The notes under the pieces were generated by a model. That model did no database searches and was not told the origin of the DNA. It saw only the letters and a list, made by a program, of their open reading frames with translations. A stretch of 64,000 bases of DNA from Promethearchaeota archaeon (GTDB lineage Archaea; Asgardarchaeota; Lokiarchaeia; Sigyniarchaeales; SOKP01), in the NCBI GenBank assembly GCA_019894975.1, contig JAGXNO010000005.1:32001-96000 (forward strand). The letters run 5' to 3'. The position numbers and the translations under genes are program-made. Each line of letters opens with the position of its first letter. The stretch's first letter is position 1. This document shows, one piece after another, positions 29,617 to 39,951 of this stretch.

Positions 29617-32424
29617 ATGAGTTTTTTTAATTTCTTTACTATGGGAAAGAAAAGAAGGCTAAATAGAAAATATTCAACAGTTATATTCTCTATTTTCTTT
29701 ATATTGATGTTTGGTCTTAGTTTTTTAAATTTTTATAACCCTTCAAATCACGATAATTATTCTAGTGATAGGATCAATGAGGTGGATGATAATTTATTTA
29801 ATTATGACAATAATAATCTAGAAACTGCCACGGATATATCCATGCTTCAAAATCCTTTTATTACAAATTTTGATGCATTGCGTAATTTTTTTATAAATAA
29901 GTTTGAATCAAGTTTAGATTTAGATATTCCTCTCTATTATCGGGAGGGAGATTCAAGTGGGATAATCATAGATGACACAATTTATTCAGAAGATAATTTA
30001 CAGATGTATTATTCATTGCTGCAATCGGAACTTAGCCCAACTGAAACTTTTGATACCTATTTAAAGTTGAAATCAACACCATTGTGGTATGAAGATGGGA
30101 ATGGTCAGTATAATTATGGTTTTGTAAAATCAATTGATAATTCCACAGGTCAAGTGAAGAATGATAATAGATATTTAATAGATAATGTATTGCCAATTTT
30201 TCTATTAATTGAAAATATCGGAGATGGTATAGACGACATTTTAATAGACGGTAAGCATCCAAAAGATTCAATAGAAGAAATGTTTTACCTTATAAATTCT
30301 ACTGATTTTTGGGATGAAACTAATGATGGATTTATGAATTCGAATTCAACTATTAGTAGTAAATATTCGAAAAGTAATTTTTATGCCATTCTAGCAAATC
30401 TCCTGATTCATCGCACATATGATCAGCTTGGTTTAAGCGGAGTTATAAAGGGTAGAGCTTATGACTTAGCAAATAAAACAATGTATGCGGTATCCAAAAC
30501 AAATAATATGTGGGATGCAACAGATAGGGCATTTTATCACAACGCGGATAGAAATTGGGCTACTTCAGGGCCAGGACAAAAATATTATCATTTAGATGTA
30601 AACGCCTTAGGGATTATATCTCTATTAGAGTTTTGGGTCGGATCCGGGAAAGAAAACGATTCATCATTCTTATTAAAAGCAACTCAACTTTACAATAGTT
30701 TAGATAATAACTTATGGAATAATATTGACAAACTATATCATAATGTATCTCAACCTAATTGGAATATAATTGATTTTGATTATGATCTTAATGCAAATGC
30801 TCTAATGATGAAAGCTTGTTTAAGATTCTTCCAACTTACGGGAAATATAACATACTATAATAGAGCTATTGAACTTTACGATACATTTGAAAACGATTTA
30901 TATGATATTATAAACAATGCTTATGATTTTTCCCTAACAGACAACAGTAAGAATTTCAACTCAAATTTAAAGCTCTTTGATGCCTATCTGGAAGCCTCTG
31001 AAACGTATAGTAGCACATTATTAGATGCTAATTATAATTTAACAGCAACTATTCCTAATTTTGTTTTTAATCAAGACACTATGAATTTAACATCAGTGTA
31101 TGCATTTGAAAAAACAGAAACTTATTATAATCTTACAACAGAAACTTATCTTCCATTCACTACAAGATATAATATAACTGATGCGGATATAAATTATCTT
31201 TTTAAGTATCAAAATGGAACATTCTTATATCAATTTGAACATCAGATTAATAATCCAGATGATTCACATACACTTATACATACTATAGAAGACACTTTGC
31301 CAATAGAAGATGGGTATTACATATATATCTGGGCAAATAAATCATATTTTAGTGTAGGAAACACTCTAAAACGATTTAATGTATTTGGTGGTTTAATTAA
31401 TGAGACAATTGAGGGTTTGGTCAGTTTATTATATCAAGGACCAATCGTAAATGTGTCTCTGCCCATTAATTATACTCGTAATGATAACTTAACTTTGATG
31501 ACCTCTTTAGAGGGGAAAGATATTGTCAATTTTACGGCTCAAGAAGTAAATTTCACAGCAAATCCCGAATTAGATGAATTTACATATATTGACTTTAATC
31601 TTACTGCTAGACCCGGAGCTATTCCTGGTCCTAGTGAAATTGTTTTTAAAATTTATCAAGGTAATTTATTATATTTAGAAGTAAAGAAATTTATAGAAAT
31701 TGGGTATTCGTTTGATTATGAACATTTAATATACCAAAGTCTGGTTGTATCTGGAGAAAATATCCACGTGTATCTAGATCTAATCAATTTTTTACCTAAC
31801 GCTACACAATCCTTAAACGTAAGTTTTACGGGAATAACTGAACCATCGATTGAACCATTTATCCAAGAGGAGACTCTAGATGAAAATGAGATTAGATCTG
31901 TTTCTTATTCTCTACAAACTCTTGAAAACATTGTAAACGATACAATTAAAATTGAAATGAATGTTTTACAAAATACAACTCTCTATTATACTGATATACT
32001 ATTCATCGAAATTATACCCAAATTTGAAATTCTTAGTGTTTCATTTCCAGTCGAGATTTCACAAGGAGCACCGGCCTATTTTATTAGTAATATTAAAAGT
32101 AATCTAGGAGATCCAGAGGGATTTTCTTTAATTCTTAACGGAAAAATTGTACAATCGAATATCGATGAGCTCATCCCGGGGGAAAATAGAATTGTAAAAC
32201 GAATTATTCCTACAAACAATCCATACGAATTTGGGGTAAAAGTATATGAGATAATTCTAGAGGATAGTGAAAATGAAGAAATAGCAAGATTTTATTTTAA
32301 AGTCAAAATAGAACTCTCTACATTTAATTTAGTCATATTTTATTTATTACCTTGTATCGTACCCATTGGAATAATTCTGTACTTCCTAAATAAACAAATA
32401 AAACATAATAAATTGAGAAGATGA
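29617..32424 (+). CDS. Large cell-surface glycoprotein: N-terminal TM/signal, probable (alpha/alpha)6 barrel, Ig-like beta domains, C-terminal TM
   Basis: Recurrent (L/F/M)WD....(G/A)F and Y..xN helix-entry motifs; many N-x-S/T sequons; C-terminal TM with basic tail. Confidence 0.65.
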   Translation: MSFFNFFTMGKKRRLNRKYSTVIFSIFFILMFGLSFLNFYNPSNHDNYSSDRINEVDDNLFNYDNNNLETATDISMLQNPFITNFDALRNFFINKFESSLDLDIPLYYREGDSSGIIIDDTIYSEDNLQMYYSLLQSELSPTETFDTYLKLKSTPLWYEDGNGQYNYGFVKSIDNSTGQVKNDNRYLIDNVLPIFLLIENIGDGIDDILIDGKHPKDSIEEMFYLINSTDFWDETNDGFMNSNSTISSKYSKSNFYAILANLLIHRTYDQLGLSGVIKGRAYDLANKTMYAVSKTNNMWDATDRAFYHNADRNWATSGPGQKYYHLDVNALGIISLLEFWVGSGKENDSSFLLKATQLYNSLDNNLWNNIDKLYHNVSQPNWNIIDFDYDLNANALMMKACLRFFQLTGNITYYNRAIELYDTFENDLYDIINNAYDFSLTDNSKNFNSNLKLFDAYLEASETYSSTLLDANYNLTATIPNFVFNQDTMNLTSVYAFEKTETYYNLTTETYLPFTTRYNITDADINYLFKYQNGTFLYQFEHQINNPDDSHTLIHTIEDTLPIEDGYYIYIWANKSYFSVGNTLKRFNVFGGLINETIEGLVSLLYQGPIVNVSLPINYTRNDNLTLMTSLEGKDIVNFTAQEVNFTANPELDEFTYIDFNLTARPGAIPGPSEIVFKIYQGNLLYLEVKKFIEIGYSFDYEHLIYQSLVVSGENIHVYLDLINFLPNATQSLNVSFTGITEPSIEPFIQEETLDENEIRSVSYSLQTLENIVNDTIKIEMNVLQNTTLYYTDILFIEIIPKFEILSVSFPVEISQGAPAYFISNIKSNLGDPEGFSLILNGKIVQSNIDELIPGENRIVKRIIPTNNPYEFGVKVYEIILEDSENEEIARFYFKVKIELSTFNLVIFYLLPCIVPIGIILYFLNKQIKHNKLRR

Positions 32425-34124
32425 GATTAATGAGAACTAAAAGGCATTTCTACGTAGCACTAATTCTTTTTATCGTACTTAATGTTTCCCTAAGTGTTTA
32501 TTTAATTCAAAACAGCGATTATTCAACAAGCAATAATAATTTAGATGATTTTTTTCAACCATATAACCCAAAGGTTTCAGATGGACCACCCTTATCCTAT
32601 ATTGCAATTGATCAAAATGCCACAACCATATATCGACTATTTGAATCTGTAAATTTTTCTATTGATACTTTCGGATATGATGTGGATCATACTCTTATTC
32701 AAATAGAGTTTTCTAATGGTTCTATTATTGACTACGGCATGCAACAAACATCTACTAATGAGTATTCTTATGAATTTCAACCAAAGTATAATGCACCTTT
32801 AGGCTTTCAGAATGTAAGTTTTCTAATCTATAATATTACTCACACACTTCTAAACGCACACACAACCTTTACAAATTTTACCATAGTTACTAATTACATG
32901 GCAGTTACTAATAGTACTGAATATTATATTGGGAATGATTTATACGCAGAATTAACTGTTAATAATTTTGGTTCTTACCAGTTTGGATGGAATGTTACAA
33001 TTGTCAATAGCACAATTGAATCTGAACAGGGAAATATGACTAACTTTGAACACAATGCAGTTCAGGTTACTTATAACATTAACAACGAGACCTTTCATTC
33101 CTTTGTAGATCAGACTTTTTATATAAAACTAAATATGACAGATGAAATTTCTGGAAGAAAAGCTGCAGCTTATTTCCCATTTCAAGTTTTGAATTCAGAA
33201 CCGATTATCGATATCGCCTCGATCATAATTTCACCAACAAGCGTGAAAAGGGCTGAAGATTGTGAGATTACATTGAATATAACTGATATAGAAGATCTCC
33301 CCCAAAATCTCGATGTTGATATGGACATCGAAGACCCTCTTGGAAACCTTGTTACTACAATTAACATTGACCATAATACAGAAAATAACTTTTCTAAAGT
33401 CTTTTCGATACCTGCTGGAAGAGCTCTTGGCAAATATAAATTAATCATTACCGCAGAAGATCAATCTGGAGGAATTGATTCATTCACAACATCTCTTACT
33501 GTAACCAATAATCTACCCGAAATTCACAGTTATGAAATTAACGGATTGTCTTCGGATCAAGGATTATCAATATCATATGGAAATAATTTGATCTTTTCTT
33601 TTAATGTATCAGATGTTGAAGGAGTAGCTTATATCAAAGTGGCTCTTTTAGATGAAAATAATGAATGGTATAATATGACAAAAGATTATAACGGTATTGA
33701 TACAGAAATAAAAATACGGACCGAAGAATTAATTACCGGTGTCTGGTATGTGTACATTTATGTTATTGATGATGATAGAGCAACTACAAGCCTTATTGAT
33801 GATTATGATATGGCACCTCAAGCAATAACAATTATTCCCGATACATTAAGCACTTACCTACCGTGGATAATTTTCATTATAGGGCTTATAATAGGGATTC
33901 TTGTAAGTATTGGGATTGCCTCGAGACACTATAAGCTAAAAATGGGTGATCCTAAAACCAGATCATCCAAAAAGAAAGCTATTTCTTCTAAAAAAATAAT
34001 AAAAAGAAAAGAAGAAAAAGAAGAGCAACCTGAAGAAATACAAGAAAAGGAAAAAATCGAAGAGGTAACACCAAAAAAAGAAGAAGAGGATGTTCCTAAA
34101 CGAAAAATTAAAAGAAAATTATAA
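32421..34124 (+). CDS. Cell-surface glycoprotein with Ig-like repeats, C-terminal TM and K/E-rich cytoplasmic tail
   Basis: N.xP.I / D.ED / G.Y...I.A.D Ig-like signatures; sequons; ATGA overlap with the upstream gene. Confidence 0.7.
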   Translation: MRLMRTKRHFYVALILFIVLNVSLSVYLIQNSDYSTSNNNLDDFFQPYNPKVSDGPPLSYIAIDQNATTIYRLFESVNFSIDTFGYDVDHTLIQIEFSNGSIIDYGMQQTSTNEYSYEFQPKYNAPLGFQNVSFLIYNITHTLLNAHTTFTNFTIVTNYMAVTNSTEYYIGNDLYAELTVNNFGSYQFGWNVTIVNSTIESEQGNMTNFEHNAVQVTYNINNETFHSFVDQTFYIKLNMTDEISGRKAAAYFPFQVLNSEPIIDIASIIISPTSVKRAEDCEITLNITDIEDLPQNLDVDMDIEDPLGNLVTTINIDHNTENNFSKVFSIPAGRALGKYKLIITAEDQSGGIDSFTTSLTVTNNLPEIHSYEINGLSSDQGLSISYGNNLIFSFNVSDVEGVAYIKVALLDENNEWYNMTKDYNGIDTEIKIRTEELITGVWYVYIYVIDDDRATTSLIDDYDMAPQAITIIPDTLSTYLPWIIFIIGLIIGILVSIGIASRHYKLKMGDPKTRSSKKKAISSKKIIKRKEEKEEQPEEIQEKEKIEEVTPKKEEEDVPKRKIKRKL

Positions 34125-34176
34125 ATATTAAAATTTTCCTTCTACTTATTTACTTAATTTCTAATTTATCAATTTC

Positions 34177-35088
34177 TTAATCTAAAACATCATAAAGTCG
34201 GTATTGAAATTTCCCTAATTTTCCCCCAAAATTACCTGCAGAAATTCGATTTACACCTGGAACTTTTACTGCTGCTTGAATTCCCAATTTCATCGCAGTT
34301 TTTATCGATTCTTCAGTTGCTCCATCCAAAATAATCTCATAAACACAGTTATCTCCTTCCTGTAAATTTGAATTTTCTATTTTGTCTTTTAGAGTAGGAC
34401 AAAGGGGATCATTTGTAGATGCATTTAAAAAACTGTATTTTGATCCTACTTTTGATCCAGATCGTGCTATCCCCCCTGGAAAAGGAGCAATTACATTAGG
34501 TACATCTTTGATCGCGTCTATTGCCTTTTCAGCTGCTTCAAGAGCAGCATCTTGATTTTTCCCGATTATCAAGAAATTTCCCCCAGCTATTCCTTTTCCA
34601 ACTTTTGCTATACTCTGAACGATGAATTCTCCTTCCATCACTGGAATTGACCATGCCTCAAACGGAAATTTACCCTCAACTTTTTCTTGATATCCATCCC
34701 CAAAAAATTTCAGGTTAGCTCCAATTTTTATTTCAAATTCTTTCACAGGGTCTAATGATCCATCCAATGCGTCGTAACATGCTGTTGTTGGGCATGTCAA
34801 GACACATTGTCCTAACCGATTCATTACAACATTACTTACTTGATCTTTTTTGGTTTTGAAATACATAATAATAACCCCAGGACGTTTATCTGGAGTTTTA
34901 TCAGGGGAAACAAAAACATCAATACCAGCTTCAGCATCACAATGAATTGTCGATGTCCCATAACCTGTTGATACTAAAGCCGCAATTTTCGCCCATTTCT
35001 CGTTCTTAGCTGTGATTAAAATGCGAGTAAAGAACCCACCAAACGCTTCCGCGAATGTATCTTCAATTTCTACACCATTTAATTCCAT
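34177..35088 (-). CDS. ftr: Formylmethanofuran--H4MPT N-formyltransferase
   Basis: NGVEIEDTFAEAF, CDAEAGID, TPDKRPG, GQCVLTCPTTA, PFPGGIARSGSKVGSKY, SAGNFGGKLG. Confidence 0.96.
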   Translation of the reverse strand: MELNGVEIEDTFAEAFGGFFTRILITAKNEKWAKIAALVSTGYGTSTIHCDAEAGIDVFVSPDKTPDKRPGVIIMYFKTKKDQVSNVVMNRLGQCVLTCPTTACYDALDGSLDPVKEFEIKIGANLKFFGDGYQEKVEGKFPFEAWSIPVMEGEFIVQSIAKVGKGIAGGNFLIIGKNQDAALEAAEKAIDAIKDVPNVIAPFPGGIARSGSKVGSKYSFLNASTNDPLCPTLKDKIENSNLQEGDNCVYEIILDGATEESIKTAMKLGIQAAVKVPGVNRISAGNFGGKLGKFQYRLYDVLD

Positions 35089-35256
35089 TTTTATTCATAC
35101 TCCTTCTATTTGATTATTTAATAATAAAATTTTTAATTATCGTATGAGTAATAGAGTTCTATTTTATATAAAATTTTAAAAAAAAAATAAAAACCTTGAA
35201 AAATTGTAAGGAATTATAATTTCAAATTAAAATTAAATTACAGAGATATAAGAAAA

Positions 35257-36093
35257 ATGAGCGAAAAAATACTTAAGATTGGAATTTTAAAGAATGGAAC
35301 GATTGGATCTTCTTTATTACTTGCTTTTTTAATTGATGAGCGTGCCGAGTCTACGAGAATTAATGTCTATGAAATTACTTCTGGTGCAAAAATGCATCCA
35401 CCCGAGATGTGCACAAAAACTATGGAGGATTTACTAAAATGGAGTCCCGACTTGATAATAATGTCAAGTCCAAACGCAGCGTTACCAGGACCAAAAGCGA
35501 CAAGAGAAATGGCAGGAACAATTCCAACTATTGTTATTTCTGATGCACCTGCTAAAAAAGCTGTTGAGGAAATTAAAGAAAAAAATATGGGTTATATTTT
35601 AGTAAATTGCGATAGTATGATCGGAGCACGTAGACCTTTTTTAGATCCAGTTGAAATGAGTATTTTCAATTCAGACTTATTAAAAGTCCTTGCTATAACG
35701 GGTGCTCTTCAAGTTATTGCAGACGAATTAAATAAGGTAATTATGGAAATGTTAGATGGTAGAATACCTATTTTACCTCAAGTAATTGTAGACTCAACTA
35801 TGGCAACTAATATTGCTAAATTTTCCAACGCATACGCCAGAGCAAAAGCGATTGCAGCATTTGAATTAGCTGCTTCTGTTTCAAAAGTAACCGGAAAAGC
35901 TTGTTTTCAACTTAAAGAGCGATCCGATTATATACCATTACTCGCCGCTGCGCATGAGATGATGAGAACAGCTGCAAAAATGTGTGATGAAGCAAGAGAA
36001 ATCGAAAAAAGCAATGATACCGTTATAAGAAGACCCCATCACGCTAAACAACAATTTCTTACAAAAATAGGATTATTTGATAAAGAACAATAA
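35257..36093 (+). CDS. mtd: F420-dependent methylene-H4MPT dehydrogenase
   Basis: DERA, SGAKM, SPNAALPGP, DSMIGARR.FLDPVEM, YARAKAIAA, AAHEMMR.AA...DEAREIEK. Confidence 0.95.
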   Translation: MSEKILKIGILKNGTIGSSLLLAFLIDERAESTRINVYEITSGAKMHPPEMCTKTMEDLLKWSPDLIIMSSPNAALPGPKATREMAGTIPTIVISDAPAKKAVEEIKEKNMGYILVNCDSMIGARRPFLDPVEMSIFNSDLLKVLAITGALQVIADELNKVIMEMLDGRIPILPQVIVDSTMATNIAKFSNAYARAKAIAAFELAASVSKVTGKACFQLKERSDYIPLLAAAHEMMRTAAKMCDEAREIEKSNDTVIRRPHHAKQQFLTKIGLFDKEQ

Positions 36094-36162
36094 CTATACC
36101 CCCCAGAAAATATATAGTTTTAAAACTAATTTTTTTATCTCTACTTTTATAAATTGAAATAA

Positions 36163-37119
36163 TTAAAACTCAGAAGATTTAAGATATATTTGTAGATTAT
36201 TGAAAATTTCTCCGTTTAAAGCACTTAATACTCCTGAGAATATTTCTGGTTGTTTACCTCTTGTAACAGCCATTAAAACCGCTCCATTGATAACTTCCTT
36301 TACTATTATCCAACAGTCTTCTGATTCATATACTACCGTTGACAACTTTAATGGTGAAAGATTCGATATATTTTGAAGTTCCATAATTTGTTGGTATAAA
36401 TTATAGATATTCGAATCCAAAGTTCCAATCTCAAATTTCATAAATTGCAAAGGTTTTGATTCAAATTTACCTAAAGTTGATGTAATTAGTAAACCATCAG
36501 GTTGGTTGAATAATAAAAACTCTGATAATGTAGTAAGTTTTAACTCATCTAGTAAATGACGTACTTTTCCCAATCGCTGCAAAGATAATGTACTTTTCTG
36601 GATCTCATAATCTAAAATTTCAATCAACCTATGTTGAGCACTTCCCTCCTTAACAGAAACTGGTGTGAACGAAATTTTATCCTTAAATTCACCATTTAAA
36701 TTTTTAGATAATATTTCATAGAACTCATCTTCCTTAGATTCCTGTAAATCAATTTTATTCAATAAAACATAAGCTTGATCAATCTCAGGAGAGAATTCGA
36801 ATAAATATTTTAGAAAATTATCAAAAATATCCCTAACTTCTGCATCTATAATTGCAGAATCCACCATGAATACTGCCGCAGTAACTTCAGAAAAAATGAG
36901 TTCTCGTTGGGATTCAGAAAAGTACCGTTCTAAATATCTTTCTTGGCCGCCTAAATCCCAAATTGATAACTCCAAAATCCCTCGAAATATAAAGTTTTCT
37001 CTAGAGACTCCTTTTGTAGGCTTCAAATTAAGAACTTTCATAAAGTTATATCCTAAGCAAGTAGTTCTCATTAAACTTGTTTTACCAGCACCAGCGGGGC
37101 CAAAAAGCAAGACTTTCAT
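36163..37119 (-). CDS. Rag/Gtr1-like small GTPase with C-terminal roadblock-like domain (eukaryotic signature protein)
   Basis: KVLLFGPAGAGKTS, PT, IWDLGGQERYLERYF..QRELIF, NKID; C-terminal FLLF..PDGLLITS. Confidence 0.85.
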   Translation of the reverse strand: MKVLLFGPAGAGKTSLMRTTCLGYNFMKVLNLKPTKGVSRENFIFRGILELSIWDLGGQERYLERYFSESQRELIFSEVTAAVFMVDSAIIDAEVRDIFDNFLKYLFEFSPEIDQAYVLLNKIDLQESKEDEFYEILSKNLNGEFKDKISFTPVSVKEGSAQHRLIEILDYEIQKSTLSLQRLGKVRHLLDELKLTTLSEFLLFNQPDGLLITSTLGKFESKPLQFMKFEIGTLDSNIYNLYQQIMELQNISNLSPLKLSTVVYESEDCWIIVKEVINGAVLMAVTRGKQPEIFSGVLSALNGEIFNNLQIYLKSSEF

Positions 37120-37377
37120 GTCTGATTCCTCTAAAATTTATTGTAACCTATACAATTTTTAGAATTTAACTAAAAAATCAATTCCTTAATATTATTTACT
37201 CTTAAATTAATTGATTTTATATAATCTTTATAATTTTTTGTTTATTTAATTTTTTCTAATTCTTAAAAAGAGAATTAAGTTTAAAAGAAAATGATATTGT
37301 GACGATTCAATTAAATATAATTTTTAATTTAACTAAATACAATTAACAAAATAATATTAAAAGGGATTAACATAAAA

Positions 37378-37905
37378 ATGGATCTATTAAAATACATACG
37401 TAATGTCCCTAATTTTCCAATAGAGGGCATACAATTCAAAGATATTACTACTCTGGCTAAAATTCATGAACCTTTTAAAGAATCATGTGATCAAATAATC
37501 GATCAGTTTAAAGATAAAGGAATAACTAAAGTCACTGCTATTGAAGCAAGAGGGTATATTTGGGGTGGCGTGATAGCATATCAGTTAGGTGCGGGATTTA
37601 TATTGATTCGAAAACCTGGAAAGCTGCCTGCTGAGACTATAAGTGAAACATATGAACTTGAATACGGAACAGATACCATTGAAATGCACAGTGATGCTAT
37701 AGAAAAAGGAGACAGAGTATTAGTTTTTGATGATTTGCTTGCAACTGGGGGTACAGCAAAAGCTGCATGTAAATTAGTTGAAAAAGCAGGTGGGGACGTA
37801 GTGGGTGTGGCATTTGTGATTGAATTAACGGGGAGCTTACATGGTCGAGAGAAATTAAGTAATTATAATGTCATTTCCTTAATTGAGATTCCCGTAGAAG
37901 AATAA
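37378..37905 (+). CDS. apt: Adenine phosphoribosyltransferase
   Basis: PNFPIEGIQFKDITT, EARG, RKPGKLP, YELEYG, DDLLATGGT. Confidence 0.96.
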   Translation: MDLLKYIRNVPNFPIEGIQFKDITTLAKIHEPFKESCDQIIDQFKDKGITKVTAIEARGYIWGGVIAYQLGAGFILIRKPGKLPAETISETYELEYGTDTIEMHSDAIEKGDRVLVFDDLLATGGTAKAACKLVEKAGGDVVGVAFVIELTGSLHGREKLSNYNVISLIEIPVEE

Positions 37906-37938
37906 AATGCTTAATTAAAAAAGAGTAATGATATTTTT

Positions 37939-38937
37939 TTATATTTTTTCCAATTCCCCTGGAGTATAACCAAAAGTAGTAAAAAATCTTTGTTTCACTT
38001 GTTCTATGTTATACTGTTGAGTTTGAGCACCACTTGTTTCAACCACAAATGAACCAACAATCGCTCCTAGTCGACAAGAATCTATCAAAGTCATATTGAG
38101 TGTTAATCCTGTCAAAATTCCCGCACGATATCCATCTCCTGCTCCTGTTGTATCTTTGACTTCTATCGGAGAAGCAATAGGAATTTTCATGTTAAACATC
38201 TTATTTCGTTCATCTTTATAGAGTAATTGAGATCCCTCAGAACCCTTAGTTATTATAATTGCTCTGACATATCCTAGGATCGATTCTTCATCCAAATCAG
38301 ATTTCTCCTTTATTTGATTTATTTCATGATTATTTCCAATTAAAATATCAGATCTTTTGAGTATTTTTAATAAACTCTCCTTTTGAAATAACGGGGTCAC
38401 TTGACCGGGATCAAATATGGAAGGTATACCCAAATCAAATAGTTGAATAGAGAAATTAGTCATGGCTTCGACACTCTGTGTTGAATTAATTGCAAATACG
38501 TACTCATTTGGTTGAGTAATTTTTTCACTTAGATCAAGATCTTTACATTTGTCTAAAGCCCCTCCATGAAAAATGATCATTTGATTAGCTTTTATATCAT
38601 TAACAATATAACACGCGGCTGTGAAAAGATTATCATATTCTTCAACCATTAGGTCTATATTGTTAAATTTATTTATATGATCTTTATATCCCAATCTCTC
38701 AAAATCATTTCCAACCGATCCAAATAAAGAAACTCTAGCTATACTTAAGAGTCCTAAATTATAAGCAATGTTCCCTGCAGTTCCTCCGAAAAATTGATGT
38801 CGACTATCTGCTGTTACTGTACTTTGGTATTCTTCTTTATCATGATCAATAGACACTGCATTTATAAAATTTTCCTTAAACCCCATTATATAATCAAAAG
38901 CTAGAGAACCAAGAATAAGAACTTTAGTTTTTTCCAT
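37939..38937 (-). CDS. PfkB family nucleoside/adenosine kinase
   Basis: GSLAFDYI, GGTAGNIAY, FDPGQ, DTTGAGDGYRAG. Confidence 0.88.
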   Translation of the reverse strand: MEKTKVLILGSLAFDYIMGFKENFINAVSIDHDKEEYQSTVTADSRHQFFGGTAGNIAYNLGLLSIARVSLFGSVGNDFERLGYKDHINKFNNIDLMVEEYDNLFTAACYIVNDIKANQMIIFHGGALDKCKDLDLSEKITQPNEYVFAINSTQSVEAMTNFSIQLFDLGIPSIFDPGQVTPLFQKESLLKILKRSDILIGNNHEINQIKEKSDLDEESILGYVRAIIITKGSEGSQLLYKDERNKMFNMKIPIASPIEVKDTTGAGDGYRAGILTGLTLNMTLIDSCRLGAIVGSFVVETSGAQTQQYNIEQVKQRFFTTFGYTPGELEKI

Positions 38938-39090
38938 GATAACTATAGCAAAATTTTAGTTTTATATTGTTTTAGTATTTCATCTTATATTAAAAATTCA
39001 TATTTAATGGAATAAATCTGAATTCTTCAAAATTGCAGAATTGAAAATAATTTATTAAATTTCAAGTATTATTATTTAAAAAAACTCTAA

Positions 39091-39852
39091 ATGGTGAATA
39101 TTATAGTAAAAATAGGAATAATTGGTGGTTCGGGATTGGATAACCCGGATATTTTAAAGAATGCTAAAGATATAAAAGTTAAAACAGCATATGGAGAACC
39201 TACCTCTCCTCTAAAAATTGGAAAAATTCATGAAAAAGATGTAGTACTCATCGCAAGACACGGAAGAGAACATACTATACCTCCTACACAAGTAAATTAT
39301 AGAGCTAATATACAAGCATTAAAAGATCAAGGTTGTACTCATATTTTAGCTACAACCGCATGTGGAAGCTTGAGAGAGCAAATTGGTAGAGGTGATTTCG
39401 TTATTCTTGACCAATTTATTGACTTCACTAGACTCAGAAAAGTATCTTTTTATGAAGAATTTACCCCAGGAGATATGAAACATACCCCCATGGCATATCC
39501 CTATTCAGAAGAATTAAGAAATATCTTTATTGAAACCGCGAGAGAACTTAATCTTAAATATCATGAGAAAGGAACTGTTGTTACTATTGAAGGTCCAAGA
39601 TTTTCAACAAGGGCAGAATCAGAGATGTTTAGGATATGGGGCGCAGATGTGATTAATATGAGTATTGCTTCTGAAACTATTTTAGCAAATGAAGCGGGTA
39701 TCCCTTATGCTGCTGTAGGTTTAAGCACTGATTATGACTGCTGGAAAGACGACGAGGCTCCCGTTACTTGGGAAGAAATCTTAGAAATCTTTGAAAAAAA
39801 TATCAACAATGTTATCGTCTTACTCATAAATACCATTAGAAAAATAAAATAA
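39091..39852 (+). CDS. mtnP: 5'-methylthioadenosine phosphorylase
   Basis: IGIIGGSG, RHG..H.IPP, IEGPRFSTRAES, TDYDCW. Confidence 0.94.
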   Translation: MVNIIVKIGIIGGSGLDNPDILKNAKDIKVKTAYGEPTSPLKIGKIHEKDVVLIARHGREHTIPPTQVNYRANIQALKDQGCTHILATTACGSLREQIGRGDFVILDQFIDFTRLRKVSFYEEFTPGDMKHTPMAYPYSEELRNIFIETARELNLKYHEKGTVVTIEGPRFSTRAESEMFRIWGADVINMSIASETILANEAGIPYAAVGLSTDYDCWKDDEAPVTWEEILEIFEKNINNVIVLLINTIRKIK

Positions 39853-39951
39853 CTTTTCTACTTTTAGGTAGTTTAATTTAAAAAAGTTATTATTTTTTAA
39901 ACAGTTTCAAAATATATTCGAAGCTAAAAATATTCTTAGAGACTTTCAAAT

